A stretch of 64,000 nucleotides of DNA. Source: Polyangiaceae bacterium (GTDB lineage: Bacteria; Myxococcota_A; Polyangia; Polyangiales; Polyangiaceae). Positions 37,684-46,245 of the stretch are shown here, one piece after another; positions within the stretch are counted from its first letter, which is position 1; every line of letters starts with the position of its first letter. The notes below the pieces were generated by a model that saw nothing but the letters and a program-made list of their open reading frames with translations, was not told the origin of the DNA and did not search any database. The position numbers and the translations under genes were made by a program. Location of the stretch: the NCBI GenBank assembly GCA_044376115.1, contig JBILLK010000023.1, positions 96,001 to 160,000 of the forward strand, written 5' to 3'.

Positions 37684-39129
37684 ATGAAAGCGATCCGAGC
37701 CCTCAACGTCGCTTGGCTGATGACGGCGGTGGGACTTTGCGCCTGCGGTGATAGCCAAGCTGCGAGCAACGATGGCGGCTCGAACAGCGCCACCACCTCG
37801 TCGAACGGCGGGGGTGGGCAGGGCGCTGGGAGTATGGGCACGGCCGGAGCTGGCGGCGCTGGTGCCGGCGGGAGCGAGCCGAGCGCGCTGTCCGCGACGC
37901 TGCAAGACGTGAGCTTCCGCTGCAAGCTGCTGTCGGGCGCCTTCCTCGAGGACCCAACCGAAAATGCCGTCCAAACGCGCTTCAACCTCAAAGGCAGCGA
38001 CCTCGGGATTCCGCTTTTGTTGGGGTCGGATTTGCATCTCTTCTTCGGCGACAGCGTTGGCTACAAGCTGATCTGGGACTTTGGCGAAGACCCGGACGCC
38101 GTCGCTCACCTGCCGCTGGCCAACGTCCAGAGCGACGTAGAGAGCCTGTGCCGCGACCTCGAGTTTTACCTAACGCCGGACATGCCGAGCGTGGCCAACG
38201 GCGTGGATGCGGCGATTGAACGGGACTTCGCCGGCGCGTCGATGACGCCTCCTGCAGGCCAACCGATCGAGGATTACATCGCACAACCAGCTGGCCCGTT
38301 CGCGAACTTGCCGGGCACCTTCGAGGTGCCGTCGGGAGCGCTGGCACAGGAAGGGAAGGCCTACTTGTTTTACACCGGCCTGGTTGAAGTCGCGCCGACG
38401 ACCCGCGCCACGCTCAGCTACCTCGCCCGTTGGGACGCGCCCGGCGCCAGCACCCCGAACTATCAGATCGTTCGCCCGGTGGACGCGCTCGAGGGAGGCG
38501 CGCTCGGTGGTCACTTCTTGCAGGTGGCCCCGGTCGAGTACGAAGGCGCGCTCTATTTGTTCGGCAGCGGAGACTATCGGCGGAGCGGCGTTTATCTGGC
38601 TCGGCTCGACGCGGCCGAGCTCGAAACAGGCAACGGCACAGCGCTGTTCGACCCAGCCGCCGGCGACTTTCAAGAGGCCGCCGCGCTCAATCAAGAACAA
38701 CGGGAAGCCGTTCAACCGCTGTTCGAACAAGACGGCGTGGGTGAGCTGAGCGTCGCCTTCATCCCCGAGGCCGGTGCCCTCGTAGCGCTCTACCAACGTG
38801 AGTTGCGTGATGAAGCCGGGAGCATCATCGATAACCGCCTTTTGGTGCGCGTCGCCGTTGCGCCCGAGGGCCTCTGGAGCGAGCCCGTCACTGTCATCGA
38901 CATGGCCGACCCGAGCTTCCAACAAGCGCATTGTTGCGCTGAGACCTGCCCCGGCGACCAGCTGCTTCACTGCGATCGCGCGGGGTTGTATGGCGCTTAC
39001 CTGCTGCCTGCGACGAATTTCGCGCCAGCAGCGGATGGCGGCGTGCTCGAGCTGCCGTTCCTCGTCTCGACCTGGGACCCCTACAACGTGGTGCTGTTCT
39101 CGACGCGCATTGTGTTGGGTAGTCAGTAG
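37684..39129 (+). CDS. DUF4185-like (GH183-type) lipoprotein
   Basis: Lipobox LCAC; GSDLGIP, FFGDS, GELSV, LYGAY, STWDPYNV. Confidence 0.75.
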   Translation: MKAIRALNVAWLMTAVGLCACGDSQAASNDGGSNSATTSSNGGGGQGAGSMGTAGAGGAGAGGSEPSALSATLQDVSFRCKLLSGAFLEDPTENAVQTRFNLKGSDLGIPLLLGSDLHLFFGDSVGYKLIWDFGEDPDAVAHLPLANVQSDVESLCRDLEFYLTPDMPSVANGVDAAIERDFAGASMTPPAGQPIEDYIAQPAGPFANLPGTFEVPSGALAQEGKAYLFYTGLVEVAPTTRATLSYLARWDAPGASTPNYQIVRPVDALEGGALGGHFLQVAPVEYEGALYLFGSGDYRRSGVYLARLDAAELETGNGTALFDPAAGDFQEAAALNQEQREAVQPLFEQDGVGELSVAFIPEAGALVALYQRELRDEAGSIIDNRLLVRVAVAPEGLWSEPVTVIDMADPSFQQAHCCAETCPGDQLLHCDRAGLYGAYLLPATNFAPAADGGVLELPFLVSTWDPYNVVLFSTRIVLGSQ

Positions 39130-39221
39130 GCGGTGCCGAGGAGCCTCTCAGGTGCGCGCCTTCGGCGAATGGGCCGGATCTGCAACGACGTCTGCTTGTG
39201 GTGCAGCCGAGCACGCGAAGA

Positions 39222-40469
39222 TCAGGGCGCGCAGACGGCGAGGTGAACTGCCTGATTGGTGACCAACACGACGTGGATGACGCCGCTTGCATCGATCACG
39301 ATTTCACGACCGAAGGCGCCGCCCTCCACCGGGATGACCTCGCTCGTCCACTCCGCGTTCTCGCGCCGATAAAGCAACGCCGCGTCGGGCAAGATGTAGG
39401 GCGTGCCATCCGGTGCCACCGCGGTTCGGGTCGAACTCACGTCGGCCAGCGGGTCGACCTCGTTGGTGGTGAACGTCCCCGAGGCATTGTCGGTCATCAC
39501 GACGGGAAAGGCGAAGCCACTGGTCGCGTGCGCGACGAACACCGTCGAGTCGGCACCGACGGCAACACTTGGGTACGCGCCGCCGCTCGCGACGATCGGC
39601 GTGAAGGGCTCACTCGATAGATCGGCTGAATGCAGGAGCGCGCCGTTGCTCTCGTAAACGCCGTGCACCGCTCCGTTCGGCCCGAGTGCAACTCCCGGGT
39701 CCCAAGCGACGTCGCCCACGGGCGCACCGCCGCTAAAGCTCGCGCTGCCGGACCACGAGAGCACAGTGCCTCGCGGATGGAGCAACGCAGTCACGCCGCT
39801 GGCGGTCGCCGCGAGATCGGCATCGGCCACATGAACCCCGTCTGGCGGGCTGAGGACGTTGACAGCCCATCCGCCTGCCTCCTGCGTCGCAAGACGTACG
39901 CCCTCCTCGAGCGGCGCTTCATAAAGCACCACGGCCGACGACGGCCCCTGCGCCGCGACCACGAAATCCGGCTCATGACCTTCGAAGCTGTCGACGTCGA
40001 AACGCTCGAAGCCGTTCGCGGTCTCGCGGATCCAGCGAACGCCGCCCTCGGCCGCGACGGCGATTCCGGCGCGCCCCGCATCGTCGAGCACGAGGTCGGC
40101 GGTGCGCGTGAACTCCAACGCAAACGACGAGATCGTCCAGCAGCCGCTGCTCGTCACGGTGGGAACGATGGGCGTGCCTGCAGTGCCGCCGCCGGTGCCT
40201 CCGCTCCCGCCAGCGTTGCTACCGCCAGCGTTACTGCCGCCTGAGGGCCCAGTACCCGAACCACCGGTGGAGGCCCCACCGCTGTTGCTCCCACCGCTGC
40301 CGTCGCTATCGCCGCAGGCTGTTGCGACGAGGAGCAAGCTCAGCAAGCAAACGTTGGGAAACCGGCGGAGGGTTTGGAGACCAAAATAGGAAGCATGAAG
40401 CCTCCATAGCGTGTTGCGTTGTCGGCCGCAGCTGCTGGGGCGATGCGACGTGGTAGCGACTGACACCAC
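39222..40469 (-). CDS. Hypothetical beta-propeller-like lipoprotein; start uncertain
   Basis: Lipobox ATAC, Gly/Ser linker, repeated (V/A)xxxDGxxxV...W blades. Confidence 0.7.
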   Translation of the reverse strand: MVSVATTSHRPSSCGRQRNTLWRLHASYFGLQTLRRFPNVCLLSLLLVATACGDSDGSGGSNSGGASTGGSGTGPSGGSNAGGSNAGGSGGTGGGTAGTPIVPTVTSSGCWTISSFALEFTRTADLVLDDAGRAGIAVAAEGGVRWIRETANGFERFDVDSFEGHEPDFVVAAQGPSSAVVLYEAPLEEGVRLATQEAGGWAVNVLSPPDGVHVADADLAATASGVTALLHPRGTVLSWSGSASFSGGAPVGDVAWDPGVALGPNGAVHGVYESNGALLHSADLSSEPFTPIVASGGAYPSVAVGADSTVFVAHATSGFAFPVVMTDNASGTFTTNEVDPLADVSSTRTAVAPDGTPYILPDAALLYRRENAEWTSEVIPVEGGAFGREIVIDASGVIHVVLVTNQAVHLAVCAP

Positions 40470-40497
40470 GGTGCCAACACATTAGGCTTGCGCAACT

Positions 40498-41934
40498 ATG
40501 AACTTGCTTGGCCGTTGGCTACTCGTGAGCACGGTGCTGAGTGCAGCGACGAACACTGGCTGCATCTTGCTTTACAACGGCGACTCGGAGTCGGGCGGAA
40601 ACGGCGGGACCAGCACGGGCGGTGCGCCCAGCGGCGGAGCTGGAGCGGGTGCGGGCGCCGCGCCTGCGGGCGGGAGCGGGGGTGCGGGCGGTAGCGGTGG
40701 TGCGGCTAGTTGCGACGAGCCAGGCTATTGCGGGCCCGGGAGCACGTGCGAAGCAAGCGGCTTTTGTACGGTGGTGTACACCGAGGCGCCTGAAGCTGTG
40801 CAGAGCGTCGCATTCATCCGAGGATCAGGAGCAGCCCAAGAAGTTGGTCACGTGGTGGCGCACTCGAGCTTGGGGTTTGAGTCACCGGACCGGTTCTCTG
40901 CTTGGCCGCTAGCTTTTGGTCAAGGCGACCAAGCCCTGGCAGGAACATTAACTTTGGACGACCCGGGCGTCGGCTTCATCGTCCCCGGCGGAGCGGACCA
41001 CTTTTACTACTTTGGCCAGGGGCAGAACTGCGACGTCGATGATCCTGCCGACAGCTGCATCAACGTCTGTTCGATCGACGAGGGCGGAGTCGACTGTTTC
41101 CCGCCGCGCGTGCTCACCGGCGGCTCGCACGTCAACGGCGCGGTGATGGTGCCGAACAACAATCCCTCGAACGCAAGAGTCGCCTTCCTCGAATCCAACG
41201 ACGCTTCGAGCGAACGACTGCTTCAGGTGAACCGCGACTGCCTCGAGACCAACCAACAGGATTGCCCGGCCAGCCTCTTGGCCAACTACGCCGCCGACGA
41301 CTTGCTCGATCCGCTGGGGCTCGACCTTGATCCTTTCGACGGCTCGCTTTGGTGGAACACCTGGGGCGGCAAAGGCGCGACGGGCGCCTGCGTCTATCGT
41401 TACCCATCCCTCGGCAACCTCGGGCAATGCCTTCCCACGGCTACTCCCATCCCCCATCCCAACCGTTTGGCGGTCTCCGGCCCGGGCGTCTTCGTCAGCA
41501 CCTTCACGCCCATGGGCGAGGCGGGCGCCATCCAACGCATCAACCGCTGCACCCTCGACAACGGCCAGCATACGCTGACCGAGTTCAGTGGCGTGACGTG
41601 GCCCGCCGATGCTGACGGCCATTTCCTGTACGCTGCCGTGCTCGAAACGCCGGGCGCCCTGCGGGTGCTCGATGCCCACACTGGGGAGGCCGTCACCACG
41701 CTGTTCGACAAAAACGGAATTCCAATCAGCGCGGTGGACGCCTCCAACCCGTTTTACGTTCTGTATTCGGCCGGCAATCGCATCTACCGCTGGCGCAAGC
41801 CTACGCCGCCCTGTGCCGACCCGCCTGGCGCCCCCGTATGCGGCAACGGTTGTATCGAGCAAGGCGAAGCCTGCGATGACGGCGACGACGACCCGAGCGA
41901 CGGTTGCAACGCCTGCCAGTGTGCATTGCCATGA
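40498..41934 (+). CDS. Lipoprotein with C-terminal Myxococcus Cys-rich repeat, paralog A
   Basis: Signal ending TGC, Gly linker, CGNGCIEQGEACDDGDDDPSDGCNAC. Confidence 0.8.
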   Translation: MNLLGRWLLVSTVLSAATNTGCILLYNGDSESGGNGGTSTGGAPSGGAGAGAGAAPAGGSGGAGGSGGAASCDEPGYCGPGSTCEASGFCTVVYTEAPEAVQSVAFIRGSGAAQEVGHVVAHSSLGFESPDRFSAWPLAFGQGDQALAGTLTLDDPGVGFIVPGGADHFYYFGQGQNCDVDDPADSCINVCSIDEGGVDCFPPRVLTGGSHVNGAVMVPNNNPSNARVAFLESNDASSERLLQVNRDCLETNQQDCPASLLANYAADDLLDPLGLDLDPFDGSLWWNTWGGKGATGACVYRYPSLGNLGQCLPTATPIPHPNRLAVSGPGVFVSTFTPMGEAGAIQRINRCTLDNGQHTLTEFSGVTWPADADGHFLYAAVLETPGALRVLDAHTGEAVTTLFDKNGIPISAVDASNPFYVLYSAGNRIYRWRKPTPPCADPPGAPVCGNGCIEQGEACDDGDDDPSDGCNACQCALP

Positions 41935-43382
41935 CAACCTTCCCTCGCCTGTTCCTCCTCCTTACTGCCTGCGCCGTCAGCAGCGCCTGCGGTCTCTTCT
42001 TCGACACCGACGCCCTGCGACAGCCAGGCACAACCGGCGGCGGAGGCAACGGTGGTAACGGTGGCGGGCCAGGAGGAGGAGCGGCCGGCCCGACGATGAA
42101 CGGCGGCGGTGGTAACGGAGACGGTGGCTTCGGCGGAAGCGTGGACCCCATCGGCTGCGACGCCCCCGGCTATTGCGGCCCCAGCAGCAGCTGCGAGCCG
42201 GACGGCTTTTGCTCGGTGGTTAGCACCGAGGCGCCCGAAGGCGTGGTGGGCGTCGCCTTTGTCCGCGGCAGCAGCGAAGGTCAAAACGTTGAGCACGTCG
42301 CGGTGCATTCGAGCTCGGAGTTCAGCTCTGCGCATCGGCTCTCCGTCTGGCCGCTGGGGTTCGAGCAGGGCGAATCATACTTGCCCGGCACCGCGCAGCT
42401 CGACGACCCCGGCGTCGGCTTCATCGCCGCCGGCGGACCGGACCACGTTTACTACTTTGGCCAGTTGCAGAGCTGCGACGTCGACGTCGTTCAAGATAGT
42501 TGCGTCACCGTCTGTTCAATCGGCGCAGCCGGAATCGACTGCTTCCCTACTCGGATTCTCACCGGCGGCGCTCAAGTCAACGGTGCCGCGATGGTACCCA
42601 GCAACGACCCAAGCCTGGATCGCCTCTACTTCGTCGAGTCCAACGACGCGTCCAACGAACGGCTCCAACGAGTGAGCCGTAACTGCCTCGAGACCAACCA
42701 ACAAGATTGCCCGGCCCAGCTCGCGGCCAACTACGACGCGCCCGACGCTCTCGACCCGCTCGGGCTCGACCTTGATCCCACCGACGGCTCGCTGTGGTGG
42801 AACACCTGGGGTGGAGCCGGCGCGCCGGGCGCCTGCGTTTACCACTACCCATCGCCCGCTGGGGACATCGTTCCATGCGTTCCCACGGCTCCCCCCATCG
42901 ACAATCCCAACCGCTTGGCGGTCTCCGGAGCAAGCGTCTTCGTCGGCACCTTCGACCCTGACGGCGCAGCCGGCCCCATTCAGCGAATTAGCCGCTGCAA
43001 CGCCGGTAACGCACCGCACCCCGTTACCGAGTTCAGCAACGTGACCTGGCCCGCCGACGCCGACAGCAACTTCCTGTACGCAACCACGCTCGATACAAGC
43101 GCCGCCCTGCAGGTGATCGACGCCAACACTGGGAACGTCCTCAAAACGCTGTTCGTCGAAGACGGTTCGCCTATCACCACGGTGGACGCCTCCAACCCCT
43201 ATTACCTGCTGTTTGCCGCCGGCCAGCGCATCTTCCGTTGGCGCAAGCCGCCATCGCCCTGCGCCGATCCCTCAAGCGAGCCTGCGTGCGGTAACGGCTG
43301 TGTGGAGGCAGGCGAATCCTGCGATGACGGCAACGACAACCCAAACGACGGTTGCAACGCTTGCCAGTGTGCCACGCCGTGA
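41931..43382 (+). CDS. Lipoprotein with C-terminal Myxococcus Cys-rich repeat, paralog B
   Basis: ATGA overlap; collinear with paralog A; CGNGCVEAGESCDDGNDNPNDGCNAC. Confidence 0.8.
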   Translation: MTTFPRLFLLLTACAVSSACGLFFDTDALRQPGTTGGGGNGGNGGGPGGGAAGPTMNGGGGNGDGGFGGSVDPIGCDAPGYCGPSSSCEPDGFCSVVSTEAPEGVVGVAFVRGSSEGQNVEHVAVHSSSEFSSAHRLSVWPLGFEQGESYLPGTAQLDDPGVGFIAAGGPDHVYYFGQLQSCDVDVVQDSCVTVCSIGAAGIDCFPTRILTGGAQVNGAAMVPSNDPSLDRLYFVESNDASNERLQRVSRNCLETNQQDCPAQLAANYDAPDALDPLGLDLDPTDGSLWWNTWGGAGAPGACVYHYPSPAGDIVPCVPTAPPIDNPNRLAVSGASVFVGTFDPDGAAGPIQRISRCNAGNAPHPVTEFSNVTWPADADSNFLYATTLDTSAALQVIDANTGNVLKTLFVEDGSPITTVDASNPYYLLFAAGQRIFRWRKPPSPCADPSSEPACGNGCVEAGESCDDGNDNPNDGCNACQCATP

Positions 43383-43518
43383 CACAACACGGCTAAAGCC
43401 CGACCGACGGGTCCGACCTCCGGCACAGAACTCGGCACAATCAACGAAAAACCAGCGGTAACAAGCGTGAGCCTGATTGCACCACGCTGTTGGCCCAAGG
43501 CTTGCGATGTGGCTCAGC

Positions 43519-44352
43519 ATGACCACCCGCTTCGCTTCCTCGCTGCTCTTCCTCTTCAGTCTCAGCACCGCCATTGGCTGCGGCACCACCATCTCCGGTG
43601 ACCTCGAAAACGAGAGTGACGGCGAGAGTGCTGAAGAAGACGGCACCATCAATGGCTTCACCCCGTGCGCGACCCCCGACCGCCAATGCGGCGAGTACGG
43701 CGAGGAGATTCAGTACTGCTTCCTCGACGAGGACGGCGCCGAGACCTGGACCGAGTGCTGCTACGTCGAGTTTTCGCCGGAGTGCGAGTGCCCGGCCCCC
43801 TGGGCCGATGTCGACGAAGACGTGGATTGCAATACGCCGCTCGTTTTGTCCTTCGATCAACGCGCGGTGAGCTTCACCTCGGAGCCCGGCGCCACCTTCA
43901 ACCTGACCCGGCAAAGCGACGTCAGCGTGCACACGGATTGGCCGACCTCGGCCACGCCCTGGTTGGCGCTCGACCTCAACAACAACGGCACGATCGATCA
44001 CGGCGCCGAGCTCTTCGGATCGGCCACGCAGGTTGGAGACGCCTTCGCGCCCAACGGCTTCATCGCGCTCGCCGCCCTCGACGAAAACCACGATGGCGTG
44101 ATCGACTCCGCCGATTCGAAGTTCAGCGAGCTGTTGATCTGGCGCGACGCCGACCACTCGCGCAGCAGCGACCCCGCCGAGCTTTCACCCGCCTCGCTCG
44201 AGTTGCTCGCCATCGACCTCGCCTACAGCATCGACCGCCGCTGCGACGACCGCGGCAACTGCGAGGTCGAGCGCGCGGCTTTCCGCACCCTCGACGCGCA
44301 CGGCAAGGTCTCGGTCGGCGCCGTCGTAGACGTGCACCTTCGTCGTCAGTGA
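43519..44352 (+). CDS. Calcium-binding lipoprotein with an FrpC self-processing-module-like domain
   Basis: Lipobox AIGC; TPLVLSFD, DLNNNGTIDHGAELFG, ALAALDENHDGVIDSAD, WRDADH...EL, IDLAY. Confidence 0.8.
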   Translation: MTTRFASSLLFLFSLSTAIGCGTTISGDLENESDGESAEEDGTINGFTPCATPDRQCGEYGEEIQYCFLDEDGAETWTECCYVEFSPECECPAPWADVDEDVDCNTPLVLSFDQRAVSFTSEPGATFNLTRQSDVSVHTDWPTSATPWLALDLNNNGTIDHGAELFGSATQVGDAFAPNGFIALAALDENHDGVIDSADSKFSELLIWRDADHSRSSDPAELSPASLELLAIDLAYSIDRRCDDRGNCEVERAAFRTLDAHGKVSVGAVVDVHLRRQ

Positions 44353-44427
44353 GCTTCGGCTTGGCTGGGTTTCGACGCAGGGAGCGAGCCGGAGGCGTTC
44401 GCTGACCCCCTCCCTGCAGAGCGTCCC

Positions 44428-44477
44428 TTGACCTTATCTTCACGGTGCATATAACTTAGATGCACCATGAAGATAAG
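44428..44477 (+). promoter_or_regulatory. sigma70-type promoter overlapped by twin 21-bp operators (putative NrtR sites)
   Basis: TTGACC (44428), 16 nt, TATAAC (44450); 18-bp inverted repeat 44433-44450 / 44460-44477 with one mismatch. Confidence 0.75.
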
Positions 44478-45201
44478 CCCCAAGGCTCAGCCGCCAACGT
44501 CGGCGAAACCGCGTGCTTTCGCGGATTACCCGCGCCCCTCGGTCGCGGTTGACGTTGTTTGTCTGACCGTGGCCAGCGGGAGAATGTCCGTCCTCTTGTA
44601 CGAGCGGACCATCGCGCCGAGCAAAGGGTCGCTGGCGCTACCCGGTGGCTTCGTCGGGATCGACGAGGGGCTGGAGGAAGCGGCGGCTCGGCTCCTGCGT
44701 GAAAAGGCGGGCCTTACGCAGGTCTTCCTCGAGCAGCTCTACACCTTTGGGCACCCCAAGCGCGATCCGCGAGGTCGTGTGATCGCGGTGGCGTATTACG
44801 CCTTGCTCGACGCTGCCCGCTTCGGTCACGCCACGGCGCTGCAGCTGCCAGTCACGGTGCCTTGGTCTGGAGAGACGGGTGGGCCGGTCGAGGTTCGCGA
44901 TGCATCGCTCGCCCCACGGAAGCTATTTCTCGACCACGCCGACGTGATCGGCCTGGCGATCAAGCGACTCCGCGGGAAGCTCGACTACACGCCCATCGGC
45001 TTCCAGCTCTTGCCGCAAGAGTTCACCTTGCGCGCGCTGCAAGACATCCACGAGACGGTGCGCGGCGAGGAGCTCAACAAGGACTCGTTTCGGCGGCGGA
45101 TGCTGGCCTCCGGGCTGCTCGAAGCCACCGGTGCGCGTGAGAGCGAGGTGCTCCATCGCCCGGCGGAGCTTTATCGATTCGTGAAGCGCTCAGCGCTTTG
45201 A
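44467..45201 (+). CDS. nrtR: NrtR-family Nudix-related transcriptional regulator
   Basis: LPGGFV, degenerate Nudix box, LEQLYTFG..RDPRGR, winged helix FTLRALQ...SFRRRM...RPAELY. Confidence 0.9.
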   Translation: MKISPKAQPPTSAKPRAFADYPRPSVAVDVVCLTVASGRMSVLLYERTIAPSKGSLALPGGFVGIDEGLEEAAARLLREKAGLTQVFLEQLYTFGHPKRDPRGRVIAVAYYALLDAARFGHATALQLPVTVPWSGETGGPVEVRDASLAPRKLFLDHADVIGLAIKRLRGKLDYTPIGFQLLPQEFTLRALQDIHETVRGEELNKDSFRRRMLASGLLEATGARESEVLHRPAELYRFVKRSAL

Positions 45202-45216
45202 AGGGAGATTGCGAAC

Positions 45217-46245
45217 ATGGCTACCATCAAGAGCGTTCCGTTCTTTCGTCACCTACGGGCGGAACCGACCAACTACATCCTGCTTTGGAAAGCGGGCCAG
45301 AAGAAGCTCGGGGGCGCAGGCCTCGCCTTCTGGTTCTCACCGCTCGGCGCAAGCATCGCGGAGGTCCCCCTCGACGACCGAGACCTGACGTTCTGCTTCC
45401 GATCTCGTTCGCTCGACTTTCAGGAGATCACCGTCAACGGAGTCGTTACCTATCGCGTCAATGATCCGGAGCGGCTGGCACAGCGCATCGACTTCTCCTT
45501 GAACACGAAGAGCGGCGGCTACCTGCGGGACCCGCTCGACCGCCTGGCGCTAGTGGTGAAGGAGCTCGCACAACAGCTGGCCTCGACCGCCCTAGCGCAG
45601 CGGCCGCTCGCGAGGCTGTTGGAAGACGGCGTGGCTACGCTGCGTGAGCGCATCCACGAGGGCCTGCTTGCGGACGAGACCTTGACCGGCCTTGGCCTTG
45701 AGATCGTCGGCACACGCATCGGCTCGGTGGCGCCCACCCCCGAGATGGAGAAGGCGCTGCAAATGCCCACCCGCGAGCGCATTCAGCAGTCGGCCGACGA
45801 GGCGACGTTTCAACGCCGAGCCTTGGCGGTGGAGAAAGAGCGCGCGATTCAGGAGAACGAGATGTCGACGCAGATCGAGATGGCCAAGCGCGAAGAAACG
45901 CTGATCGCGCAGCGCGGCCAGAACGAGCGAAAGCGCGCCAGCGAACAGACCGAGTCGAAGCGCATCGAGGCCGAGGGTGCAGCCGCCAACGTGCGCGTGA
46001 ACGCGGCGGCCCAGGCCGAGAGCATCCGGCTACTCGAGGAGGCTCGCGTGGCCGCAGAGCGAGAACGCATGGAGATCCACCGCAGCCTGCCGCCGGCGAT
46101 GTTGATGGGCCTCGCGGCCCGCGAGCTCGCCGGTAAGCTGCACACCATCGAGCACTTGAGCCTGTCTCCAGACGGCTTGAGCGCGCTGCTCGAGCGCGTG
46201 CTTGGGGCACAAGCCAAACGGCTCGAGCAAGGCAAGGGCGTATGA
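45217..46245 (+). CDS. SPFH/band 7 domain protein
   Basis: DFQEITVNGVVTYRVNDP, RIDFS, C-terminal Ala/Glu coiled coil; AGGGAG RBS. Confidence 0.88.
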   Translation: MATIKSVPFFRHLRAEPTNYILLWKAGQKKLGGAGLAFWFSPLGASIAEVPLDDRDLTFCFRSRSLDFQEITVNGVVTYRVNDPERLAQRIDFSLNTKSGGYLRDPLDRLALVVKELAQQLASTALAQRPLARLLEDGVATLRERIHEGLLADETLTGLGLEIVGTRIGSVAPTPEMEKALQMPTRERIQQSADEATFQRRALAVEKERAIQENEMSTQIEMAKREETLIAQRGQNERKRASEQTESKRIEAEGAAANVRVNAAAQAESIRLLEEARVAAERERMEIHRSLPPAMLMGLAARELAGKLHTIEHLSLSPDGLSALLERVLGAQAKRLEQGKGV

